42,135 nt of DNA, from positions 124,001-166,135 of the forward strand of contig CAZWTX010000002.1 in NCBI GenBank assembly GCA_964637135.1, in the 5' to 3' direction. Below, in pieces: positions 10,107 through 19,064 of this stretch. The notes below the pieces were generated by a model, which made no database searches, was not told where the DNA came from, and was given only the letters and a program-made list of their open reading frames with translations. Origin of the DNA: an uncultured Methanospirillum sp. (GTDB lineage: Archaea; Halobacteriota; Methanomicrobia; Methanomicrobiales; Methanospirillaceae). Within the stretch, counting starts at the first letter, position 1, and each line of letters begins with the position of its first letter. The translations under genes and the position numbers were made by a program.

Positions 10107-10850
10107 TCATGCACTGTCATCATAGAACGGAAGACTGAGGGTAGAACTGAAATGGGTATAATCATACCTGCCCCGGATCGACCGGTTGTAATCAGTCTGT
10201 GCCACGAGCAGTATCCATTCATTCTGGTGGGGAAGAACGACTTCTCCTTTTCCAAAGGAATCCAGGCGGATCGACCGGGAATTTGTTTTTGAATCAGGAC
10301 TCGTCCCACTAATCAGAACAGTCGCATCGGAAAGCGGTTGTCCGGCATAATGCACCGAGACACGGTGATGATCGAGATCGATGGGACTCATACAGATCTC
10401 GAGATCACATGCAGCATACGCAGGTTTCTGAAAAGAATCCCCTACGTTGACGTTCGTCTTTGCATACTGGAAATAGTACCCGCTGATCTCCCCGTTAACG
10501 AGATCCCGCCGCTCCTTCCGGCACCATTCCCCGGAAGATAACCGGGAATAGACGCCGGCATGGTGGCCGGCAATGATGGTGTAGCATCCGACCTCGTGGG
10601 GAGTAAAAAATGATGATGGAAGGGCATTTTCCGTGTACTCAACCGGGAGGAAGAGCCGTTTTCCATGCGGACTGATCACGTACATCCACCATCCCGGATC
10701 GACCTCCATTACCCCCCCGTTTTGCATGTCGCCCGACTTCAGCGTGACCAACACCTCCTCGCCCGGATCGATGTGGGTTTTCACCGGTTCGATCCAGGGT
10801 TCATTCCCAATCGGGATCCTTTGAACAGTCATGGATTCATCATCTTGCAT
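10107..10850 (-). CDS. DUF4198-like (nickel-uptake-associated) protein
   Basis: GNEPWIEP start region, YYFQYAKTNVNVG, DLEI..P, VHYAGQPLSDATV, LDSFGKG, C-terminal HFSSTLS match the family layout. Confidence 0.6.
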   Translation of the reverse strand: MQDDESMTVQRIPIGNEPWIEPVKTHIDPGEEVLVTLKSGDMQNGGVMEVDPGWWMYVISPHGKRLFLPVEYTENALPSSFFTPHEVGCYTIIAGHHAGVYSRLSSGEWCRKERRDLVNGEISGYYFQYAKTNVNVGDSFQKPAYAACDLEICMSPIDLDHHRVSVHYAGQPLSDATVLISGTSPDSKTNSRSIRLDSFGKGEVVLPHQNEWILLVAQTDYNRSIRGRYDYTHFSSTLSLPFYDDSA

Positions 10851-10881
10851 GAAATGCGATAGGGAGTGTTTGTCCCGAGGA

Positions 10882-10909
10882 GTATTAAGTTTTGATATTT
10901 TGGTATTAC
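10882..10909. promoter_or_regulatory. Candidate NikR-type operator upstream of the DUF4198 gene
   Basis: GTATTAA-N14-GTATTAC with an AT-rich spacer. The 7-14-7 geometry matches the E. coli NikR operator. Confidence 0.4.
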
Positions 10910-11412
10910 ATTTTCAGGAAATATTGCTATATCATGAGACCATCAGGATAGAGTACCCTGGTGCAGGAATAGAGAACGCCCCGTCTGGATCCCCTCTATC
11001 CGGCTCATGATGAACCGCCGGTAATGACCGCAATTCACGGACTTCCCGCTCGTAACCGTTCCCCCGCCAGGATAACCGGCAGAATCTTCCGGATGCCCGG
11101 ACATTTCAATGAGAGATCGACAGTTCAGGGTGCCTTCAGCGGATATATCACTTGTTCATTCCTGTTCCCGGCGTTCTATCATTTCAGAAAGGAATGGCCA
11201 CCCTTGACAAAAGAGGAAACACGATCCATTCCGAGCCTATCAGGTTCACAGATCGTCAGAACGAAGAAGCATGTCAGGAAACAGGTATACTGCCGAAAAA
11301 ATCTCACCCGGCAGATTCTGGTTCTTACCATGAAATCTGTACCTGCATTATCCGCCGGAGCGGGAACATATTCGCTCCGGGGACATGTACGAGTGGAAAA
11401 AGGTAACGGAGG

Positions 11413-13119
11413 TTACCTGGCCGGGATGATCAGGGATCGTTCCCCGGCTGGTTCGAACTCACGAATCGCGCCTCTGGCAAATTCTTTTCGAGGTTCGGAG
11501 AAATCGAACTTCAGGGACGGATCCGCAAAGGTGATCTTCACGCGGGGATCGAAGCAGAACGCATCATTCCGTCCGAAGTGTGCAGCCCCAACAATTGCTG
11601 CATACTCTCCCTGATGTCCGACGTTCATCGCGTAGTTCGGATAATTCGGACCTCGCAGCTCTCCCATCGCACCGCGGTCAGGCTCTATCGAAAGAGAGTT
11701 TGCTGACCCGCACTGATCCTGGAGGTCGTACCCGAAGAATCCGAGTCTGGACCAGGCGTCTTTGTGGATGATCATCGAGAGGTACCAGCCGTTCAGGCCG
11801 GCATTCGAATTTCCGGTTGCCATCGAACAGGTGATTCCGGAGGCTGCGGCAAGTACGGCAGCCCGCTGAGATCCGCCGAAGTGATCTTCCATCAGGGTCG
11901 GGAACTGTTCGTACTGTTCCATACCGTAGATAGTCACCTCGGTGGCAAGATCGTTGACCAGTTCCTGGGTCGGCTTAATGGTCTTATCTGGTCCGGGCTC
12001 TGTGTAGTCATACCCGTACCTGTCTTTCAGATAATCCATACCGTGGTAGGTGAAATCGTCCAGAATATTGTCAGTGTAGGCAGCCGTTGCGTACTGGGTA
12101 AACCCGACCCCGCCTGACATGTAGGATCCAAGCCAGATCTGATCAAAGAGAACCGCCCCGGCAGATACCTGCTCAAGGGCAGCCCAGGCCGGATCATCCG
12201 GATGTTTCCGGTTTGCCTGGATGATATCGCTAAAGAGCCCGAACTTGATCCCGCCCGGTTCGTTCGGTCCCCGGGCACGTCTTGCCGGGAGGTGGCTTCC
12301 CATCTGGATGACCCCGGCATGCTTTGCGGCAAAGGAGAGATCGGCAACCGCAGCCTCCCCTGCACAGGTCCGGTACGCCGCAATAAACGACATCCCGATC
12401 TGCATGGCAGACCATCGGCTCGTCGTTCCCCCGTCGCAGACACGCCCGACGATCGTCGGGACATGAATAGCCTGGTACATTGATTTACCGACTTCAGCCT
12501 TCAGGATCTCGGCATGTCGCTTGCAGAAGAGCTTATCGATATTCAGGAGATATTGGGGATCGATCTCATCGGCAACCTCGTCATCTCCGGTAAAGACTTT
12601 AACAAAACAGTCGTCCACAAGACCGGGATGGGTTTCGACCATGTGTTCCTGTACGACTGCTCCCCCCGGCATTGCATGATTGAGAATATGGAGGTACTCG
12701 TTGATTGTCTCGGGAGTCACCTCTTTTCCAAGACGCTTCTGCAGGGTATTATGGGCCATATCCATCCCGACGATGACGGTCCGCCGGATCTCGTCCCACA
12801 TCTGCTGCATCGCGGTATTGTTAATGAAGTGAAGATCATCTCCCTCGACATACGTTCCGGTTCCGGAGACCTCATATGACATCAGCTGCCGCTGTCCCAT
12901 CGGAATACCACCGAGATGACAGTGATCGGGATCGTACATCGAGATCCCTCGTTTCTCCTCTATCCGCTTGTTCACCTCGATAAATTCGCGCTTTCTCGGT
13001 GACTGGTGAACCCCGTCAAAACAGTAGAAGGTCGTCTTCGTGGATTCGACATCCTGGCCTTTGAACTTCTCCTTGAGGGCATTCAGAAATTTCTTCTGAG
13101 AACGCTCGATCTTACTCAT
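11413..13119 (-). CDS. mcrA: Methyl-coenzyme M reductase alpha subunit
   Basis: AVVQEHM (axial Gln), [75 protein letters not shown]. Confidence 0.99.
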   Translation of the reverse strand: MSKIERSQKKFLNALKEKFKGQDVESTKTTFYCFDGVHQSPRKREFIEVNKRIEEKRGISMYDPDHCHLGGIPMGQRQLMSYEVSGTGTYVEGDDLHFINNTAMQQMWDEIRRTVIVGMDMAHNTLQKRLGKEVTPETINEYLHILNHAMPGGAVVQEHMVETHPGLVDDCFVKVFTGDDEVADEIDPQYLLNIDKLFCKRHAEILKAEVGKSMYQAIHVPTIVGRVCDGGTTSRWSAMQIGMSFIAAYRTCAGEAAVADLSFAAKHAGVIQMGSHLPARRARGPNEPGGIKFGLFSDIIQANRKHPDDPAWAALEQVSAGAVLFDQIWLGSYMSGGVGFTQYATAAYTDNILDDFTYHGMDYLKDRYGYDYTEPGPDKTIKPTQELVNDLATEVTIYGMEQYEQFPTLMEDHFGGSQRAAVLAAASGITCSMATGNSNAGLNGWYLSMIIHKDAWSRLGFFGYDLQDQCGSANSLSIEPDRGAMGELRGPNYPNYAMNVGHQGEYAAIVGAAHFGRNDAFCFDPRVKITFADPSLKFDFSEPRKEFARGAIREFEPAGERSLIIPAR

Positions 13120-13886
13120 TTCTTCTCCTCCTTTGGCATGAATCCATACTTCGTCCGGAGCGTGTGAATCCGCTGGAGATACTCGATGTACTCAGGATCA
13201 TCCCGGAGCGGAGTTCCCATCAGAGAGTGAAAAATCGTGGTATGCTCTTTGAGCCACTCATCATCAAGCGGTTTTCCTACGTCGACACGCCGATCAAGCG
13301 GTACACCGATCTGATCCTTGACATACTTGACCCTACCGTCTTCACCCATCACGCACCGCTGGATGGCATCAAACTGCATCCCATCCTCGGAGAGACGGAG
13401 GGAGTGACCATGCACAGTAGCACCACGCAGGCTGACCCTGGCCGGATCGAACATCTCGGTTTCCATCAATGTGCTACAGTATTTTTCGAGATCCCGCTCG
13501 CGGCACTCTACGATCTGACGACCGGAGAGAGTTCCCGGGTCAATACCCCGGAACCGGTACATCTCGGCATAGGTCCGCTGGTATGGCTGGCTCGGAGCGA
13601 TGAACATCGAGTCTGCAAACTGTACATACCTGACCCGATCCCCGTGCATTGCACCATCGGTCGGCTTGACAATTTTTCGCATAGGACAGTCAACATCTGG
13701 GAGTTCATTCACCGGCGGGTGAACACTCTTGTATGCTGCTCCCGGGGCACGATGACCGAGAATCATAACGATATCCTCGTCTGGAATCCGGCGCATCTTT
13801 ACCAGTTCAATATTGGGATTCATCTGTCTGCGACGATTTTCTGCCACATTAGACGTTCCCGGTCCGTACTGCGGTGTGTATTTCAT
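13116..13886 (-). CDS. mcrG: Methyl-coenzyme M reductase gamma subunit
   Basis: [59 protein letters not shown] overlap with mcrA. Confidence 0.99.
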   Translation of the reverse strand: MKYTPQYGPGTSNVAENRRRQMNPNIELVKMRRIPDEDIVMILGHRAPGAAYKSVHPPVNELPDVDCPMRKIVKPTDGAMHGDRVRYVQFADSMFIAPSQPYQRTYAEMYRFRGIDPGTLSGRQIVECRERDLEKYCSTLMETEMFDPARVSLRGATVHGHSLRLSEDGMQFDAIQRCVMGEDGRVKYVKDQIGVPLDRRVDVGKPLDDEWLKEHTTIFHSLMGTPLRDDPEYIEYLQRIHTLRTKYGFMPKEEKK

Positions 13887-13891
13887 GGTGT

Positions 13892-14425
13892 CTATCCCTC
13901 CAGGGCATCATTCTCACACCGGGGGAGGTGCGAATGGAACTCTTCTACCGGTTCCACGAGAACCGGCTTTTCACGCGACCGGGGATCCGCCATCCCAATC
14001 AGCGATGCATCGGCATGTGAACCATATTTTGCGTAATCCACCATCGTCTGGGTCGGTTTGATAAATGTTCCCTTCTGAATGGAAAATCCGAATTTAACGA
14101 AGAATTCCTCGCAGGTACGCCTGATGAGTCCGATAACGCATTCGTCCTCAAGCTCAAGGATGATATCCCCGACCAGCATCCTGATATCAAAGGAGGTGGA
14201 CCCGACCGTGATGGATCGGCGAAGATCATTCGTGTTTTCCATTCCCCTGGCCGGACCGTACGGAATTACCTTTGGTATATTCTGCCCGTGAAGCAGTACT
14301 CTTCGGATTCCCGGTATCTCGACGATTTTGTTGAGAAGACGTTCACAGGTCTCCGGTTTGAGCATCCTGATTGAGATGATCCGAACCTGCGGGTAAACCG
14401 CCGAAACGGGTGCAACAGCGGTCAT
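13892..14425 (-). CDS. mcrD: Methyl-coenzyme M reductase operon protein D
   Basis: YPQVRI..RMLKPET.E.LLN, PKVIPYGPARG, TMVDYAKYG, GMADPRS. Lies between mcrB and mcrG. Confidence 0.96.
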   Translation of the reverse strand: MTAVAPVSAVYPQVRIISIRMLKPETCERLLNKIVEIPGIRRVLLHGQNIPKVIPYGPARGMENTNDLRRSITVGSTSFDIRMLVGDIILELEDECVIGLIRRTCEEFFVKFGFSIQKGTFIKPTQTMVDYAKYGSHADASLIGMADPRSREKPVLVEPVEEFHSHLPRCENDALEG

Positions 14426-14426
14426 T

Positions 14427-15728
14427 TCAGGCCCCCTCGGCGATCAGGTGTATCGGACGGTTGAAAACATCAATCCGCCCGTACGTCTCGCCCATTACCT
14501 TGGACGTCGTCTCCGGTGCAAACATCTGCGTCCCGGCATCCATTGCGGCTGCAGCAACGACGCACGGGATCGCAACCCCAGCTGCATGCCTGGTCACAAC
14601 GTGGTTGCCGTTGAAGATACCAGGGCCTCCACCCCCATAAATCGAATGCGAGAAGAAGGAGAAACCAACCCCGGTTCCCATACTCCGCCCGAAGTCACTG
14701 CAGGGAAGGCCGGTCTCATGTTCGATGAGATCGTTAAAGTAGAGGAGCGTTGCCGAAACGGCCTGAACAAACCTGCCTGCCCCGCAGTTGACAACCGTGG
14801 CTGCAAGCGTTCCAGCCGAGACATATGCATTCCAGAGCATCGGATCATCAGTCTCGTAGAACGTGAAGTATCCTCCCTTCTTCCCCGGCCTGATGACATG
14901 GTCCTCAAGGGCCCGTTCGACAAGGGACTGGACAACTGTTCCCACCGTTCCGTCCTGGCCGTTCCTTTTTACGAGGTCATAGACCATGTTGTCCGCATTC
15001 AGTCCCTGGTATGCATAACAGAGGAGTTGATTCCGCTCGAACGGCCCGACACAGCCCATCTCAAAGATACCTGAATGTTCAAGGGTGGCTGCAAGGGCAG
15101 CTCCCTGGAGGGCATTCCGGTTTGTCATCATCACGAAATGGTTGACTGAGATGTTCCGGAGAGCATACCCGATTCCTTCATTGTTCTGGGGAATCGTCAG
15201 GATTGAGGTCACCAGGGCTCCTTCCATATCCTGGGTCTGCGGATAGGATCCCCAGGCAGCTGCCTTCACGGTCGAAGCATCGAACGGGCTGATGTCAAAC
15301 TCGTCCACAATCGCATAGGTCACCGCGGATGCAACGGAGGTGATCGCTGCATCGTATGTCGCAGCACCGGTAAGTCGCTTGGTTGGCACTTTCACGAGGA
15401 GGAGATTACCCTTGTTAAACTCCATGATCTCGGTGTCGTCCCCTTCTTCAAGCTGCACCATCTCCCGAATTCTGGCGACAAGGGCATCCTTGCGTTCCAT
15501 GATCGGCAGATTCAGTTCACGCCCGGGAATTCTTCCCTTTCCAAGTTTTGCCCCGGACAGTGCCTGCTCGATACCATGCAGGTTGACATTGATCGTTCGT
15601 TTGGTCAGGTCAATGATTCGGCAGGTCGCCGGGTTGAGCAGCGGATGGATCCGATCCAGGGATACTCCGCTTTTCAGCAGTTTTCCATCGTCGGAATAAA
15701 GGTCGACGGATTCCTGATAGGTAGTCAT
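14427..15728 (-). CDS. mcrB: Methyl-coenzyme M reductase beta subunit
   Basis: DLYSDDGKLLK, WGSYPQT, PQNNEGIGYALRNI, YAYQGLNADN, GVGFSFFSHSIYGGGGPGIFNGNHVVTRH. Confidence 0.99.
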   Translation of the reverse strand: MTTYQESVDLYSDDGKLLKSGVSLDRIHPLLNPATCRIIDLTKRTINVNLHGIEQALSGAKLGKGRIPGRELNLPIMERKDALVARIREMVQLEEGDDTEIMEFNKGNLLLVKVPTKRLTGAATYDAAITSVASAVTYAIVDEFDISPFDASTVKAAAWGSYPQTQDMEGALVTSILTIPQNNEGIGYALRNISVNHFVMMTNRNALQGAALAATLEHSGIFEMGCVGPFERNQLLCYAYQGLNADNMVYDLVKRNGQDGTVGTVVQSLVERALEDHVIRPGKKGGYFTFYETDDPMLWNAYVSAGTLAATVVNCGAGRFVQAVSATLLYFNDLIEHETGLPCSDFGRSMGTGVGFSFFSHSIYGGGGPGIFNGNHVVTRHAAGVAIPCVVAAAAMDAGTQMFAPETTSKVMGETYGRIDVFNRPIHLIAEGA

Positions 15729-15807
15729 GATTTCAACCAGTTCTAGAATGTCAGTATGAAAGCCCGGAACCTGAGGTCAGAGCTGTAGGAAAGGTACCCC
15801 GGTTGTC

Positions 15808-15823
15808 TATTAAAAAGTTATCA
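15808..15823 (-). promoter_or_regulatory. Putative BRE/TATA promoter of the mcrBDGA operon
   Basis: Minus strand TGATAAC-TTTTTAATA about 80 nt upstream of the mcrB ATG. SD-like GGTTGA lies 4 nt before the ATG. Confidence 0.5.
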
Positions 15824-16543
15824 ATATTATAAATAAAGTAACACATGATATGATAATTTGTACAGAAAATATCACATATATACTTTTTGAATAAAACGGG
15901 ATTAAGGTTCTTTTATTAAAATAAATTACTCCCAGTATTTTTGAAGACGGTATTACAGCGCAGATACATCTCATTTATACAAAGAATCCACCCGGGTCCG
16001 ATGATCATCCCCCTGCATGAAGAAGATACCTATCTACCATGCCCGACGCATCTTTCTGAGGGAAATTATCAGGGATACAGACCCACAGCAAGACGGAAAA
16101 AAATAGCCGGCAGGCGGCATTCATAACTGAAACGAGAAGAGCCCGGTTTCACGCCGATGTCCCTCCATGCAGTCACGCCTTACGCAAACCGGGATAAGAA
16201 AGATCCCTACCCCGGTTATACGCTGGTATCTCTTTTGCCCGGACGAAATTATTCATTCAGACATGTACGGGTGAATTACATCGAACATCGGAACCTGATC
16301 ATGAATCGTGAGGGTACCTGAACCTGGCGTTCATAATCAATATACTGTTGCCATACCGTGTAAAAAATATTACGAATTAATTTTAATTATTACCCCCGAT
16401 CCCTATTTTTCCGGGATGATCGATGAACCAGTCTATCTGAAGCATATCAACCCGGATGGCGAAGGGCTAATAGCATAAAACAATAGAATTATTTCATACA
16501 AATTGAGGATCAATTCTTACAAAACCAGACCGGAGGGATACAG

Positions 16544-17509
16544 ATAGAACCAGAATCAGCAGAAGAGAGAAATGCCATCAGGTGGACGATTTCGGCACCA
16601 GAGAATCAGACACAGACCCGCACCCTTGTCATTCTTCTCGGTGACTGGTCGTACGGACTCATCCCGTACTGCGGGCCGGGGAGGAGAGAGGATCTCTGGA
16701 AGAGTGAATCACGGTTCCTTGAAACCATCTCCTCGTTCCTGACAAAACACGGGCTCTGGACATGTCATATCACCCATGATAGAGACCCCTATATCACGCC
16801 TGATGACCACGTCCTTGCAAAGATCGCCGGATCGGGCGGAGTGTTGCAGACATTAAAAGAGGATCAATCCATACCCTGGAAGGCAGAGGAGATGATATTC
16901 CTCGGTCACGGGCTGGGCGGGCATATCGCCTGCCAGCTGGCATCGTACGGGATCCATCCCCGGGCATGTATTTTTGCCGGCGGGGTATACTCTGACCTTG
17001 AAGTCATTCTTTCACAGAAATATCTCCCGCTCGTACAGATGCTGGGGGAGAGTACACGACCGGAAATGACATGGTCAATCGATGAATACTCGGTTCTCAT
17101 AGCAAAGAATCTCGGCCTGATCCTCCAGACCGCCAGGAAGAACGGAAAATCAATTCATATCCATAACGGAACCCGTTCACTCCTCTTTGCCATTCATCCT
17201 GAACTGAATAACGGTGACCAGATGCCACGGTCCCTCTTCAGGCATATCACTTCACCCACATTCATTCTCCATGGATCGGCAGATATCGATGTCTCTCTCT
17301 GGAACTCAGTCTCCATTGAACAGGCGGTGAAGCAGACGGTCCTCCATCCGAAACGGGAAATCATAAAAGACCGGGATCACTGGTTCAGGCCGGTACCGAA
17401 AAACCGCGATACCCAGTACTGGGAACGGTTTACCGGGGAGTGTTTTAACCGTGAAACCGATGAATATCTCCTGAAAACAATTCTTTCCTTCATCCACAGC
17501 CTGGCCTGA
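16544..17509 (+). CDS. Alpha/beta-hydrolase-fold protein with a Gly at the nucleophile position; probable non-canonical ATA start
   Basis: The frame is open from 16487 with no ATG/GTG/TTG until 16841. The upstream part encodes fold elements (TLVILLGDW, FLETISSFLTKHGLWTCHITHD). Elbow GHGLGG, PTFILHGSADIDV, DRDHWF. GGAGGG at 16532-16537. Confidence 0.7.
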   Translation: MEPESAEERNAIRWTISAPENQTQTRTLVILLGDWSYGLIPYCGPGRREDLWKSESRFLETISSFLTKHGLWTCHITHDRDPYITPDDHVLAKIAGSGGVLQTLKEDQSIPWKAEEMIFLGHGLGGHIACQLASYGIHPRACIFAGGVYSDLEVILSQKYLPLVQMLGESTRPEMTWSIDEYSVLIAKNLGLILQTARKNGKSIHIHNGTRSLLFAIHPELNNGDQMPRSLFRHITSPTFILHGSADIDVSLWNSVSIEQAVKQTVLHPKREIIKDRDHWFRPVPKNRDTQYWERFTGECFNRETDEYLLKTILSFIHSLA

Positions 17510-17980
17510 TGATGCCTGGCCGCTGTTGCCATCGTCATGGCTGGCAGGGGAACCGGCAAAAAAGAGAGAGTGAGGGGTGCTTCTCCTGGGAATGCATGTA
17601 GGTATGAATGAAAGTCTCTTCTGGCATGATTTACTGATCACTGTTCTGTTCAATGGCCCTGAACCATGTACAAGCGTGAGATAACAGCCCTCACTTCCCG
17701 GATCACTATCTCTTTTTTGTATGAATTAATATTACGATTTTACCTCCGGTATCCGCATCATAAAGAAATGTTTTACCGGCCGGTGATTTATCCATGGACA
17801 GATACCCATGGATTGTACCTCATTTTCTCTGAAACTTCAGGAGAGCTTTTTCAGAGAATGCCAACATGATGACCAAGATCAGGACACGCTATATCATGAT
17901 TACCGGGATCTTTTCTGAATAATTTAAAATTGATAACACTAAATAATCGGATTTGCAATGGAGTATGTACTATACACGCA

Positions 17981-19060
17981 ATGGATCCTGTCACTATACC
18001 GGAAGTCTACCGGTCAGGAATACGCAGACGGTGGATCTGTATCTTCAGCCTCCTCATACTCCTGGTTCTCGCCTCATTCATAGCAATAACGCTTGGATCG
18101 GCTAATATCCCCATGCCGGAAGCCGGTGAGGTACTCCTCCACGTTCTCACCGGCAGGCCGGCCCCACAGAACATCAGCGAGAGTACGGCTGTCATCATTG
18201 CAAATATCCGTCTTCCCCGCATCCTGCTTGCTATCCTGACCGGTATCAGTCTGGCCATGGCCGGAACGGTGATGCAGGCACTCCTTCGAAACCCCCTCGT
18301 CAGTCCGTTCACCCTCGGCCTCTCCTCTGCGGCATCATTCGGCGCTGCCCTGGCAATCGTCTTTCTCCCGTCGTTTCCCATTCTCATTGCCAAGGAGTTT
18401 CAAAACTCAGCCGTCGCATTCATGGCATTTATCTTCGGGATTCTCTCCATGATCCTGATATACGGGATTGCACGGAGCAGGGGCACCACCCAAGCAACCC
18501 TGATACTCTCCGGGGTGGTGATCGGGTATATCTTCCAGGCAGGGGTGATGATTCTCAAGTTCTTTACGAACAACGACAAGCTCCGGGAGATCACGGTATG
18601 GCTGATGGGGGGCATGTGGGGGGCAAACTGGTCGGCAATCCTGATCGTTCTTCCGGTAACCCTCCTCTGTTTCATCTTCCTCGAACGGAACGCCTGGGAA
18701 CTCAATGCCCTCATGGCAGGGGAAGACATCGCAAAAAACCTCGGGATCCGGATCGGATGGCTCAGGCTCTCCGGACTGCTCATTTCCACGCTGGCGGCCT
18801 CCTGCTGCCTTGCCTTCACCGGTATCATCGGGTTTGTCGGACTGATGGCGCCCCACATGAGCCGGATGCTGATCGGGGGGGATAACCGGTACCTTATCCC
18901 TTGTTCTGCCCTGATGGGGGCATGCATCCTCCTGGTATCAGACACCGTTGCACGAACAATCATGGCCCCGATCGAGATCCCGGTCGGGGTCATTATGTAC
19001 ATCATCGGCGGGGGGTTCTTTCTCCTCCTGATCCTGAAAGGAAAACGTCACATCTACTGA
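17981..19060 (+). CDS. FecCD/BtuC-family ABC permease
   Basis: NIRLPRILLAILTGISLAMAGTVMQALLRNPLVSPFTLGLSSAASFG, GEDIAKNLG, TGIIGFVGLMAPH. ATG 17981 preferred over TTG 17930. Confidence 0.93.
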   Translation: MDPVTIPEVYRSGIRRRWICIFSLLILLVLASFIAITLGSANIPMPEAGEVLLHVLTGRPAPQNISESTAVIIANIRLPRILLAILTGISLAMAGTVMQALLRNPLVSPFTLGLSSAASFGAALAIVFLPSFPILIAKEFQNSAVAFMAFIFGILSMILIYGIARSRGTTQATLILSGVVIGYIFQAGVMILKFFTNNDKLREITVWLMGGMWGANWSAILIVLPVTLLCFIFLERNAWELNALMAGEDIAKNLGIRIGWLRLSGLLISTLAASCCLAFTGIIGFVGLMAPHMSRMLIGGDNRYLIPCSALMGACILLVSDTVARTIMAPIEIPVGVIMYIIGGGFFLLLILKGKRHIY

Positions 19061-19064
19061 TACC

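Noticed and set aside
13164..14036. Long + strand ORFs antisense to mcr genes (also 11024..11614 and 14448..15074)
   Set aside because: Shadow ORFs opposite highly conserved genes, with no recognisable motifs.
11413..15728. Alkyl-coenzyme M reductase (alkane-activating) interpretation of the divergent MCR
   Set aside because: The aromatic residues lining the methane-type active site are intact (alpha GVGFTQY and GFFGY, beta FSFFSHSIY), and no ACR-type insertions are visible.
16142..16217. Alternative stems CCCGGTTT/AAACCGGG/CCCGGTT suggesting a riboswitch in the mcrB-hydrolase intergenic region
   Set aside because: CCGG words are very frequent in this DNA, the stems are short and no known riboswitch consensus is visible.
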